DNA of 37,756 nucleotides from an uncultured virus (IMG/VR IMGVR_UViG_3300025000_000004). Its lineage: Duplodnaviria; Heunggongvirae; Uroviricota; Caudoviricetes; Crassvirales. A program made the translations under genes and the position numbers. Each line of letters starts with the position of its first letter. Position 1 is the first letter of the stretch. The stretch lies in IMG/VR virus record IMGVR_UViG_3300025000_000004, one strand, 5' to 3'. The notes beneath the pieces were generated by a model. It was given only the letters and a program-made list of their open reading frames with translations, was not told the origin of the DNA and searched no databases. This document shows positions 1 to 8,031 of this stretch, piece by piece.

Positions 1-4
1 CTTG

Positions 5-77
5 AGCTGAAGGCAGGAGTTGAACCCGCAACCATCGGTTTACAAAACCGCTGCTCTACCATTAAAGCTACTCCAGC
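5..77 (-). tRNA. trnT: tRNA-Thr(TGT)
   Basis: Cloverleaf on minus strand: acceptor GCTGGAG/CTTCAGC, anticodon loop TT-TGT-AA, T-arm GGTTCAACT; CCA not encoded. Confidence 0.92.
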
Positions 78-80
78 AAT

Positions 81-111
81 AAAAAAGGTCCTGCTATTTC
101 TAACAGGACCT
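81..111 (-). terminator. Intrinsic terminator directly upstream of tRNA-Thr
   Basis: AGGTCCTGTTA-GAAA-TAGCAGGACCT hairpin (GNRA loop) followed by a U-tract. Confidence 0.8.
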
Positions 112-165
112 CTCACCCAACTAAATCTACTAATCACTACTAACAAAAAGCCACTTTCCAGAGAT

Positions 166-243
166 TTAGGTGTATAAGTCCTGTACGACAAGGGTTTTAC
201 CCTTGCCAGTTTTTGAGGAATATGTACAACTAAATCGTTTCAT
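166..243 (-). other. 25-aa mini-ORF (MKRFSCTYSSKTGKGKTLVVQDLYT) overlapping a long RNA hairpin; leader peptide or sRNA
   Basis: ATG 4 nt after a consensus -7 element; GATTTAG/CTAAATC, TCCT/AGGA and GGCAAGGGT/ACCCTTGTC pairings. Confidence 0.45.
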
Positions 244-247
244 GTCG

Positions 248-278
248 CAAATATAAAACATAGGTTTGAGAAATCAAA
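248..278 (-). promoter_or_regulatory. Bacteroidota-type promoter
   Basis: TTTG-N19-TATATTTG, matching the -33/-7 consensus. Confidence 0.8.
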
Positions 279-1098
279 ATAAAATTGAACCTTTTTTATC
301 CCATGCGGTATATAAATGTCCGTCTGTTTGATAAATTAATGATCTTAGATCACTTTCCTTGCTTGCTTCCTGAATACAATAATCCATAACTGTTACTCCG
401 ATTCCAAAGAGATCGTGTACTGAAGCTCCGAAAGGAAGAGTACGTACAAGTGTTTTATCATTGCACATTTCCTTCATATCCCTGAGAATATGTTGGTAGA
501 ATACTTCTGCCTGAGCCTCAATCCATTCTTGTGTCCTTTGAGATTCGTTTGTATTGGTAACATTATCAGGAATGGTAGGAATTCTGAAGGTAAGTTGTGA
601 AACATTATGATTAAGACAATATCCTATTATGTTCCGGAAAGTTCTTTCTCTCCAATCATGTCCTAAAACGATTGTCAGTCTTACCATAAGATTCTCTTGA
701 AAAGCTTCGATCATCACATTTCCCAGCTTAAGAAGATCATTAGGTTTTGCGATTGATAGTGCAAGAACATTTAATCCTTTCTTATATAAGGTTGACAAAG
801 CTGTTTTGCTTGTTATCAGAAATTGTCCATTTGTTTGCAGTTCAATTGGAATATTAGAATTGTTAAAGTACTCAATGATACGTAAAGTATCTGTTGGATT
901 ATCCAATGGTTCACCTTTTCCTGTAATCAGGATGCTGTTTATTCCACTGAACATTGCTATCGTTTTTACCTTATTAAGATTTCTCCAGTAGAGTTCTTTA
1001 TTATAAGGTATTTCTCCTGTCATTTTACTGATACAGAAAGGACAGTTGTGTACGCAGTTAGGAGTGTTGATACTGATTGTTAAATTATTCGCTTTCAT
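274..1098 (-). CDS. Radical SAM protein (274 aa)
   Basis: CVHNCPFC (CxxxCxxC), TGKGEP and TNG motifs; start moved to ATG 1098, which overlaps the upstream gene end. Confidence 0.85.
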   Translation of the reverse strand: MKANNLTISINTPNCVHNCPFCISKMTGEIPYNKELYWRNLNKVKTIAMFSGINSILITGKGEPLDNPTDTLRIIEYFNNSNIPIELQTNGQFLITSKTALSTLYKKGLNVLALSIAKPNDLLKLGNVMIEAFQENLMVRLTIVLGHDWRERTFRNIIGYCLNHNVSQLTFRIPTIPDNVTNTNESQRTQEWIEAQAEVFYQHILRDMKEMCNDKTLVRTLPFGASVHDLFGIGVTVMDYCIQEASKESDLRSLIYQTDGHLYTAWDKKGSILF

Positions 1099-1618
1099 AA
1101 TATCTGTATAATGAATGAATATCTGGTCTTTTTTCTTTTGAACCGTCGTATATAACGAAGGTTGCTTTATAATTTGCACCGAGAGATTTAACATGTTCGA
1201 TTATTGTATCGACTGTTCTTCCAGAATAAAAAGAATCATCTATAATAATAACATCCTGACCATTGAAATCTTCTTTAAATGGTTCAAGTGAATCAATAGG
1301 TTCACCATTTCTTAATCCTCCATTGACACCATATACATAATCGTTATCAGCACCATAACATTCGATCCAGTTCTTAAAGAATACACCGAACTTACCTGTT
1401 ACTACATAAATATGTAGTTTATAATCTATGAACTTGTCGATTTTATCATACAAAGATTGAATAATATCCGGGTCTCTTACTGCAATATCAAGGTTCTCAA
1501 AAAATTCTTTTCCCCCTGTATGTAACTGAAGCATTTGTCTGACAACTTCGTTTATTTTAGGGCGAGTGATTTTATTACCAGAATCTTTGGTCTGGTCTGA
1601 AATGGTAAGATTCTTCAT
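1085..1618 (-). CDS. Type I phosphoribosyltransferase-like protein
   Basis: PRPP-binding loop VIIIDDSFYSGRT. Confidence 0.8.
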   Translation of the reverse strand: MKNLTISDQTKDSGNKITRPKINEVVRQMLQLHTGGKEFFENLDIAVRDPDIIQSLYDKIDKFIDYKLHIYVVTGKFGVFFKNWIECYGADNDYVYGVNGGLRNGEPIDSLEPFKEDFNGQDVIIIDDSFYSGRTVDTIIEHVKSLGANYKATFVIYDGSKEKRPDIHSLYRYYESE

Positions 1619-1643
1619 ATATATTTAATTTGGATTAATGTTG

Positions 1644-1725
1644 TGCTCTTAGTCAGACTCGAACTGACACACCTCTCGATATAAGTTCCTAAGACTTACG
1701 TGGCTACCAATTACACCATAAGAGC
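1644..1725 (-). tRNA. trnL: tRNA-Leu(TAG)
   Basis: Acceptor GCTCTTA/TAAGAGC, anticodon arm TAAGT-CTTAGGA-ACTTA, long variable arm, GTTCGAG. Confidence 0.93.
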
Positions 1726-1733
1726 AGTAAAAA

Positions 1734-1961
1734 TTATTTTCCGAATACTTCAGGATGAATAACTCCGTCAATATATCCGAAAAGCATTGCACGTTGCTGT
1801 TGATTTCCAACGAACTTATGTTTTACTTCTTCGCGAAGCTTGTTCCACTCAACAACGTTTGTTGCGGTTTTTAGCTTCTCTGTAAGCTCGATGTTCTTGT
1901 TAATAACTGCTTTCTGTTCTGCATCATTGAAAAACGATCTGTTGTTGTTTACTCTTTCCAT
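1734..1961 (-). CDS. Hypothetical protein (75 aa) inside the tRNA cluster
   Basis: ATG ORF with A-rich leader filling the gap between two tRNAs. Confidence 0.7.
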   Translation of the reverse strand: MERVNNNRSFFNDAEQKAVINKNIELTEKLKTATNVVEWNKLREEVKHKFVGNQQQRAMLFGYIDGVIHPEVFGK

Positions 1962-1988
1962 CTATATGTTTTTTAATTAATAAATCTG

Positions 1989-2068
1989 TGCTCTGAGAGA
2001 GACTCGAACTCTCACCCGATAAGATTGCGGCTTAAACGCAACGTGTCTACCAATTTCACCATCAGAGC
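1989..2068 (-). tRNA. trnL: tRNA-Leu(TAA)
   Basis: Acceptor GCTCTGA/TCAGAGC, anticodon arm TTGCG-TTTAAGC-CGCAA, variable arm. Confidence 0.92.
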
Positions 2069-2073
2069 TTTAG

Positions 2074-2148
2074 GGTGAATAATGAGGATCGAACTCACAA
2101 CCTTCTGAACCACAATCAGACACTCTAACCAATTGAGCTATACTCACC
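2074..2148 (-). tRNA. trnH: tRNA-His(GTG)
   Basis: Anticodon arm TCTGA-TTGTGGT-TCAGA; encoded G-1 opposite C73. Confidence 0.93.
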
Positions 2149-2153
2149 GTATG

Positions 2154-2227
2154 TATCGGGTAGGGGAATCGAACCCCTAATTCCCACCGTGAAAGGGTGA
2201 TGTCCTAACCAATTCGACCAACCCGAT
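2154..2227 (-). tRNA. trnE: tRNA-Glu(TTC)
   Basis: Acceptor ATCGGGT/ACCCGAT, anticodon loop CT-TTC-AC, GGTTCGATT. Confidence 0.92.
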
Positions 2228-2230
2228 GTG

Positions 2231-2303
2231 TCGAGTAAGAGGGACTCGAACCCCCGATCCCCTGCTCCCAAAGCAGATGCGATACCAACTTCGCTACTAC
2301 TCG
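2231..2303 (-). tRNA. trnP: tRNA-Pro(TGG)
   Basis: Acceptor CGAGTAG/TTACTCG, anticodon loop TT-TGG-GA, GGTTCGAG. Confidence 0.93.
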
Positions 2304-2305
2304 AT

Positions 2306-2338
2306 AAAAAACCCTCCAGTATTGCTACCAGAGGGTTT
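2306..2338 (-). terminator. Intrinsic terminator directly upstream of tRNA-Pro
   Basis: AAACCCTCTGGTA-GCAA-TACTGGAGGGTTT hairpin (GNRA loop) with a U6 tract. Confidence 0.82.
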
Positions 2339-2376
2339 CCAACATGTGCTAACTAAAAATTTACCAAAACGCTTCT

Positions 2377-2451
2377 TTATAGTTTTTCCATTACCCTCTG
2401 TTTGTCAAACGGTTCATGTTCGAGATGCAATGGAAGTAATACCCTTTTCAT
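2377..2451 (-). other. 24-aa mini-ORF (MKRVLLPLHLEHEPFDKQRVMEKL) overlapping a long RNA hairpin; leader peptide or sRNA
   Basis: ATG 4 nt after a consensus -7 element; TTCCATTGC(A)TCTC/GAGGGTAATGGAA stem. Confidence 0.45.
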
Positions 2452-2455
2452 GATG

Positions 2456-2487
2456 CAAATATAAATCAAAGATTTTTATTTTGCAAG
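2456..2487 (-). promoter_or_regulatory. Bacteroidota-type promoter
   Basis: CTTG-N20-TATATTTG. Confidence 0.75.
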
Positions 2488-2805
2488 TAATCTGGGTTCT
2501 TCTTCAAATAATTCTTTGTAAACTGCAAGAGAATCATCAAATTTCTTGGTTGCAATCTGCAATTCCATAAAACGATCAACTATTGCTTTAAATCCGGTTT
2601 CTGGTTTTTCTTTCGATTCGACTTTTGCTTTTTCAAAAGCTGTTCTCGCATTTTCCATAACCTCCTGAGCTTTAGCCACATCTATTTCAGCTTGACGCTG
2701 AAGAGATTTAGCTGCTCTTGCAAGTTTTATAGCGTCTCCTGCTTTTTCAATTGTCTCCCAGAAACGAAGGAGAGCATTCTTTTTTTCTTCTGCCATTTTT
2801 ACCAA
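2476..2805 (-). CDS. Hypothetical coiled-coil protein
   Basis: Ala/Glu/Lys-rich helical ORF coupled to the ung stop (start may be ATG 2796). Confidence 0.75.
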   Translation of the reverse strand: MVKMAEEKKNALLRFWETIEKAGDAIKLARAAKSLQRQAEIDVAKAQEVMENARTAFEKAKVESKEKPETGFKAIVDRFMELQIATKKFDDSLAVYKELFEEEPRLLAK

Positions 2806-3554
2806 ATTATAGGTTCAATATTATTTTTAATAAGAAATTCATTTGTTCTGCTGAATGGTTTACTACCAAAGAATCCTGTATAAGCTGAAAATGGAGATGG
2901 ATGTGGTGATAGAATCAATTTAATCTCCTTCTTATAATTCTCATTGACATAAGGAGTCATATCATATGCAATTTTCTTAGCACGATTTCCCCATAAAATC
3001 CATACTGTTGGTCTGTCAAGAGTACAAAGAATCTTCATCACTTCTACAGTAAAAGGTTTCCATAAAGCAGTATGGCTGTCAGGTATACCTCTTACAACAG
3101 TGTGAGCAGTATTTATAAGGAGAACTTCTTGTTTTGCCCAACGTTCAAGATCAGTTATGAATTCAGCTTGTTCTGCAAGCCATTCTCCAAAATCATCTGA
3201 ATAAGTGTGTACATCATCATGTACTTCACGCAGAATATTTACCAATGAAGGAGATATCCGTTTAGTTGTACTTTTTAACGCATTACTGAATGCGAATCCG
3301 TCGTATGATCCATCGTGATAAGGGTCTTGACCAAGAATAATCACCTTCACTTTGGAGACCGGAGTGGTACGAAAAGCTTTAAAAAGTGTATCTGAATTTT
3401 TCTCTGGATATATGGTTCTGGTCATTCTTTCTTCACTGATTGCCTTTCCCAGTTTCGACCAATATTCCGATTCAATTACAGGTTTTAATGCTTCGTACCA
3501 CTCTTCTCCAAAAAGTTCCTTAAAATTCACTTGGGACTGATGGTTGTGTATCAT
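2799..3554 (-). CDS. ung: Uracil-DNA glycosylase, family 1
   Basis: VKVIILGQDPYH, GFAFS, SPSLVNI, LLINT, LWG and HPSP motifs. Confidence 0.95.
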   Translation of the reverse strand: MIHNHQSQVNFKELFGEEWYEALKPVIESEYWSKLGKAISEERMTRTIYPEKNSDTLFKAFRTTPVSKVKVIILGQDPYHDGSYDGFAFSNALKSTTKRISPSLVNILREVHDDVHTYSDDFGEWLAEQAEFITDLERWAKQEVLLINTAHTVVRGIPDSHTALWKPFTVEVMKILCTLDRPTVWILWGNRAKKIAYDMTPYVNENYKKEIKLILSPHPSPFSAYTGFFGSKPFSRTNEFLIKNNIEPIIW

Positions 3555-4380
3555 CAGCCGGAATTAATTCAGATGTCATAACAACTTGGTCACCTTGGTT
3601 TTTGACATCTATAGATTCAGCTATTATGCTCTGAGTTTCTTCTGAAAGAGGAGCGTGAGATATGCCTGCTATATCTGACATAAAATCATGCAGGCGTATA
3701 TGATCCTCAACATAACGGAATGGATAGGATTTTTTTAGTGCAACTGTTACGTTGTTATATAAATCCCAAATCGTATTTCCTCTGAAATGTTCTGAAGTAT
3801 TGAGTTCTTTCTTTACGATTGAAAGTTGAGTTGGTGTTACTATTTCTTTCTCAAAATAGAGTACGCCAAGTATTTCTGCTTTCTGTCGTGCAGTAACCTC
3901 ATAATTTTTCATAATCTCTGCATCAATCATGAGACGAGCAAAGCTTGAATTCATTGATAATACTGCTTGTTGCATCTTCGTACGCAGTTCCTCAAGCACT
4001 GATCCTGTATGTTTCCTACGAAACGTAATCAGGTCTCCTGATATCATACCGTTTGAGCAGATGATAACCGTTGCTCCTACAACAAGTGCAGCAGTCATTG
4101 ACTTATCATAGCTGTTTTTGAAACCTAATGACATTCTGAATCCGAAATCGTCAGGAGTTTCCCGACGTGTATCCTGCACATCATAAAAGCCAACAAGTTT
4201 TGTTCCAAGACCATTTACAAATAGTCTCTGATTCATAACCTGATATTGGCTATCTTCGAGTTTCTGTCTTAGTTCACTAAGAAATTCAGCATGAGAAATA
4301 GGAGAATATGTTTCGGTCATCTCCGGTACTCTGGCGGTTAATGCTCTTTCCAGAGCTGTTCCAATAATTCTTTGTCTCAT
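3520..4380 (-). CDS. DUF932-like protein
   Basis: NSYDKS...VIICSNG...RRKHT and TIWDLYNNVT motifs typical of the family. Confidence 0.7.
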   Translation of the reverse strand: MRQRIIGTALERALTARVPEMTETYSPISHAEFLSELRQKLEDSQYQVMNQRLFVNGLGTKLVGFYDVQDTRRETPDDFGFRMSLGFKNSYDKSMTAALVVGATVIICSNGMISGDLITFRRKHTGSVLEELRTKMQQAVLSMNSSFARLMIDAEIMKNYEVTARQKAEILGVLYFEKEIVTPTQLSIVKKELNTSEHFRGNTIWDLYNNVTVALKKSYPFRYVEDHIRLHDFMSDIAGISHAPLSEETQSIIAESIDVKNQGDQVVMTSELIPADDTQPSVPSEF

Positions 4381-4778
4381 TATTCAACTTTTTTGCTTAA
4401 AAACATTCTTATTTTTACCCCAAATTCTTCGTCAGATGATGATGTTTTCATCATCTCTTTCAGGGATTCAAGAAGATCATCTTCGTAAACTCTTCCTCTT
4501 TCACGTACTCTCATAAATGCATCAGCACATTTGAAAGCATCGTCTGCAGCTTGTTCCGCTTTAAAATCAAAATCAAGAAACTTAGGGAAAACCATAAGTG
4601 CAGCAGAGTCTCTGAGAGACATTTGCCTTTCTTCAAGTTTCCTTATTATAAGTCTTAATTTCTCATTTTCACGCAATGCAGAATTTAACATGGATTGAGT
4701 CAACTGAAGATCTAATTCTTGTTGATCGGTTTGAGGAGCAGATACTTCCTGCTCCTCATTTTTTTCGATGTCTGACAT
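4380..4778 (-). CDS. Hypothetical phage protein
   Basis: MSLRD.AA...A..AF..ADAF..R helical motif that is common in small phage proteins; coupled to neighbours. Confidence 0.7.
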   Translation of the reverse strand: MSDIEKNEEQEVSAPQTDQQELDLQLTQSMLNSALRENEKLRLIIRKLEERQMSLRDSAALMVFPKFLDFDFKAEQAADDAFKCADAFMRVRERGRVYEDDLLESLKEMMKTSSSDEEFGVKIRMFLSKKVE

Positions 4779-4781
4779 TGT

Positions 4782-5552
4782 TTAATTATAAGTATAGATT
4801 TCTTGTTCTAAAATTGGTTTTGATGCAAGTTCTGTTGCATCTGAAAGTTTAACGTTTAAATCTTTCTCCATTAAACTCTTTAAATCCGGGGATTTGTATA
4901 TAATTTTGGCAACTACAGATTCTTTCTTCGGGTCATTATAGAACCTGAGTATCTGTTTTTTCAATGTATCTGAGAACTTTGAATATCTTCCCTCTAAAAA
5001 ATGTTCGACATCTTTCTCGAACCCGTTGGGAATTTTAAAAAGATACATTACATGATACTTATCATATTCTATATGCTTTACACATAGTTTATCTGTAATC
5101 ATAGTTTCTTCAAACGTTTTATATAAGTCTGTGCCCGTATATCTGTACAACAGACAGAGATACTGGTGACAATCACTCACATAAGCGTTAACAAAATAAG
5201 AATCAATTTTTAATTGTAACTTTGTTTTATTTAAAATCGGTATAAGAAATGTACTTGTTTTATTAGGCAACGAGCTAAAAAGAATAACAGCAGTCTGCTT
5301 TTTCTCAACAATTATCATTTGAATTTTGTACATGGTTTGCACCTGTCCTATTGTAACCATAAGTTCATCTCCTATGGAAATTTTACTCTGGTCTTCAAAT
5401 GATACAGATAAAACGTTTCTTTCGTTGTCTCTTGTTACGTTGAGATAAGCAATCGCTGTAGTGTCTATTAACAACTTACAAGCATCGAGTGGTTTTAACG
5501 TTAGTATTTTACCACTTTTCAGCCTGATTACATCTCTCAACAGTGTTGTCAT
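4782..5552 (-). CDS. Hypothetical protein (256 aa)
   Basis: Long ORF tightly packed in the operon. Confidence 0.8.
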   Translation of the reverse strand: MTTLLRDVIRLKSGKILTLKPLDACKLLIDTTAIAYLNVTRDNERNVLSVSFEDQSKISIGDELMVTIGQVQTMYKIQMIIVEKKQTAVILFSSLPNKTSTFLIPILNKTKLQLKIDSYFVNAYVSDCHQYLCLLYRYTGTDLYKTFEETMITDKLCVKHIEYDKYHVMYLFKIPNGFEKDVEHFLEGRYSKFSDTLKKQILRFYNDPKKESVVAKIIYKSPDLKSLMEKDLNVKLSDATELASKPILEQEIYTYN

Positions 5553-5555
5553 AAT

Positions 5556-6599
5556 TTAAAATTTAGGATTAAAAGCATCTATTTCTATCACTCCACCGGA
5601 CTGATAGACATCGTAGGAATAGTCCCACAAATCATTTCTTACGTGCCAATCCATCTCGGCAGCAAGAGTAGTATATCCTTTATACTTCATCTTTGATATA
5701 TTTCCGTCTCTTGGTCCGTAAATCTTTGGAAAATAACCATGCTTTCCATGATAGATGTCGGACATACTCATTTTATAGATGACGGGAGGATAATATAAAC
5801 CTGAATCTGCGTATATGAATTTCGTTGGTTTTACGATATAATCTTTAATTCCTAATTCATTAATAACTTTGTCGAGTCCATAAAAATACATTGAACCCTG
5901 AATATATAATTTGTATCTCCAAAAGGCTTTCCAGAATCCCTCTGCACCTGTTTTGATATCTATTATTTCAATTTCTTTTGTCTTATGATCAATTCTGATC
6001 AAATCAATCATACCTTTGAATTTTACTTCTATTTCTTCAGGATTCTCAGAATGGGTATAAGGTAATTTAATTACCCAAGAATCCCATATTATCGGAAGTT
6101 GATGTATAATTTCAACTCCGTCCTGAGGATTAAAATAATTTTTGGTAAAAGGATTTACTTTGAGAGTATTCACAGTTTGATTTGCTGCAAACATCATCGT
6201 AGCATCAATAATTTTCTTTCCTTTTCCAAGCATAAGTGATTCATAGTAAGCTCTACCTTCAGTTTGGAATTTAGATATTACTGCACTTACACCTATTTTA
6301 AAACCGGAAGCTGCATGAGCCTTTTCATGGTCATTTGTTTCCGCAAACACTTCACAGAACTTAACCATCATTTCGCTTGATGGTTTATCGCCTGTCATCA
6401 CATAAAATTCGTCGTTAAAACTGTCTGGACTTGTTAATAAAACATCAACAACAGACCCAAAAGCGAGTCCCAAAGAGAATTCCTTCTCTTCGAGACTTGC
6501 TTTATAAGCCTGTGGTCCATCAGCTAACTTTGACAGTCTTGAGAAACTCATTGCCTGAGTATTTCTAAAGACTTCTTGAGTTACTGTTGTTATTGTCAT
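5556..6599 (-). CDS. PD-(D/E)XK exonuclease (RecE/ExoVIII-like)
   Basis: SFSRL, FGSVVD, KGMIDLI...IIDIKT and Y.IQ..MY motifs. Confidence 0.85.
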   Translation of the reverse strand: MTITTVTQEVFRNTQAMSFSRLSKLADGPQAYKASLEEKEFSLGLAFGSVVDVLLTSPDSFNDEFYVMTGDKPSSEMMVKFCEVFAETNDHEKAHAASGFKIGVSAVISKFQTEGRAYYESLMLGKGKKIIDATMMFAANQTVNTLKVNPFTKNYFNPQDGVEIIHQLPIIWDSWVIKLPYTHSENPEEIEVKFKGMIDLIRIDHKTKEIEIIDIKTGAEGFWKAFWRYKLYIQGSMYFYGLDKVINELGIKDYIVKPTKFIYADSGLYYPPVIYKMSMSDIYHGKHGYFPKIYGPRDGNISKMKYKGYTTLAAEMDWHVRNDLWDYSYDVYQSGGVIEIDAFNPKF

Positions 6600-7339
6600 A
6601 CTGTAATAGATTGAAGATTTAACGTCGTAAAGACTTTGTTTCTTGCTTTGTTTTGTGTTTTCAGCAACTCCACAACAGATGTAATATTAAGATCAACACC
6701 TTGTTTAATGAAATTACTTAAATAATTATCCGGTACAACTCGTATCTCTACAGTTCCTTGTGCTTTTTTAGTATTAAGAAAGCTTTTAAGATACATTCTT
6801 ACAGTTGAAGAATAGTTTTCCTTTAAAAATTTAACGTTTTTATCCAGTTTTTCCTTATTGACAAGAATAACGATATTATCTTCTCTTACATTCACAAAAT
6901 GACGATTCATTTCTACATGAGGATCATAACGATATGGTTTTTTCAACACTCCAAGCATAAGCACATCATAATGATCTGATCTGACAGACCATTTTGTACT
7001 GTTTGAAATTCCCAGTTTTATGTTCTCATATATAACATCTCTGAATCCAATTGCAGAATAAAATCCACTGAAAATATGAAAAGGAGTAGTACGTCCACGA
7101 TACCATCGTTTTGTCATTTTTGTTCCTGCTCCATTCGGTTCTATTCCCCATTTAAATATTCCCGTTCCCCACGCATCCATAAGGAGAGTATCTCTTATTT
7201 TTGCTGGTCTTGGAAGTACTTTTACTATAGGTATCAGATCATCATACATCACAAATTCATCGTCCCATTGAGCATAGTCAACACCTCCTCTTCCACATTG
7301 ATGATAATAAGAAGAAAATACTATAAGATTTGATCCCAT
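6596..7339 (-). CDS. Hypothetical protein immediately downstream of the E1/ThiF gene
   Basis: 247-aa ORF starting 2 nt after the ThiF stop, ATGA overlap with the exonuclease. Confidence 0.8.
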   Translation of the reverse strand: MGSNLIVFSSYYHQCGRGGVDYAQWDDEFVMYDDLIPIVKVLPRPAKIRDTLLMDAWGTGIFKWGIEPNGAGTKMTKRWYRGRTTPFHIFSGFYSAIGFRDVIYENIKLGISNSTKWSVRSDHYDVLMLGVLKKPYRYDPHVEMNRHFVNVREDNIVILVNKEKLDKNVKFLKENYSSTVRMYLKSFLNTKKAQGTVEIRVVPDNYLSNFIKQGVDLNITSVVELLKTQNKARNKVFTTLNLQSITV

Positions 7340-7341
7340 AA

Positions 7342-8031
7342 TTACTCATTTTTAATGGTTGTCAGAAATAAACCACCAATTTCCTCATAATAAAAAGGAA
7401 GTTCAGCTGTATCTCTTACAAACCAGTTAGTAAATCCTTGTACCATCTTTGCAGCGATAATTGCAGCGAAATGACTTGTCTGCTTATAACTGCAACTGAG
7501 ATTAGGAACGTCTCTGTCTTCAAAAAGATGTTTCTCATATAAAGGAATTCGTTCAGGAGTTACAAAGAAGACCTGAAGTTGTTCCGCAAGTAATCTTCCG
7601 TCAATAAATATTGATTCTTCAAATCCTGCAGCTTCGTTCTTCCATTTATCAAACATCAGTTTGCGTGATGCCATATTATCGAAAGCTGAGAACATTACAG
7701 GACTCGCAAGAGAAGATTCATCGTACCGTGATTCAGAGAAAATGGTAGCATTAGATGTAAATTCTCTCACCATTGATTTAACAGCTTGTGATTTCTGCTT
7801 ACCTACATCCGAAATTCTGTATAGTTGACCAGCAAGATTGACATCTTCAACAATATCCATATCATAGATCATGATTGGAGTATCGGAATTGACCAACCTG
7901 CTCAAAAAGAGAGTTAGCCAACTTCCGATTCCACCAACACCACCTATTATGATCGGGATTTTATATTCGTCTATTTTACTGAACCATAGAGCATCACGGA
8001 ATCTTGATTTTGTTGTATCAATCTTTCCCAT
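7342..8031 (-). CDS. ThiF/E1-like adenylyltransferase
   Basis: GGVGGIG, YDMDIVEDVNLAGQ, GKQKS, FDN..SR and FIDGR motifs; single Cys (C180). Confidence 0.92.
   Translation of the reverse strand: MGKIDTTKSRFRDALWFSKIDEYKIPIIIGGVGGIGSWLTLFLSRLVNSDTPIMIYDMDIVEDVNLAGQLYRISDVGKQKSQAVKSMVREFTSNATIFSESRYDESSLASPVMFSAFDNMASRKLMFDKWKNEAAGFEESIFIDGRLLAEQLQVFFVTPERIPLYEKHLFEDRDVPNLSCSYKQTSHFAAIIAAKMVQGFTNWFVRDTAELPFYYEEIGGLFLTTIKNE

Noticed and set aside
1619..2230. tRNA-associated HDV-like (theta) ribozymes
   Set aside because: The tRNA 3' trailers are only a few nt or AT-rich leaders with no nested pseudoknot; the tRNA-Thr trailer lies outside the window
2226..2453. 75-aa plus-strand ORF
   Set aside because: Antisense to tRNA-Pro and a terminator; shadow ORF
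7342..8031. ThiF as a thiamine/molybdopterin or tRNA-thiolation enzyme
   Set aside because: No ThiS/MoaD with a terminal GG, sulfurtransferase or cofactor genes nearby, and no CxxC zinc sites; JAB and E2-like neighbours favour conjugation, though this is not formally excluded
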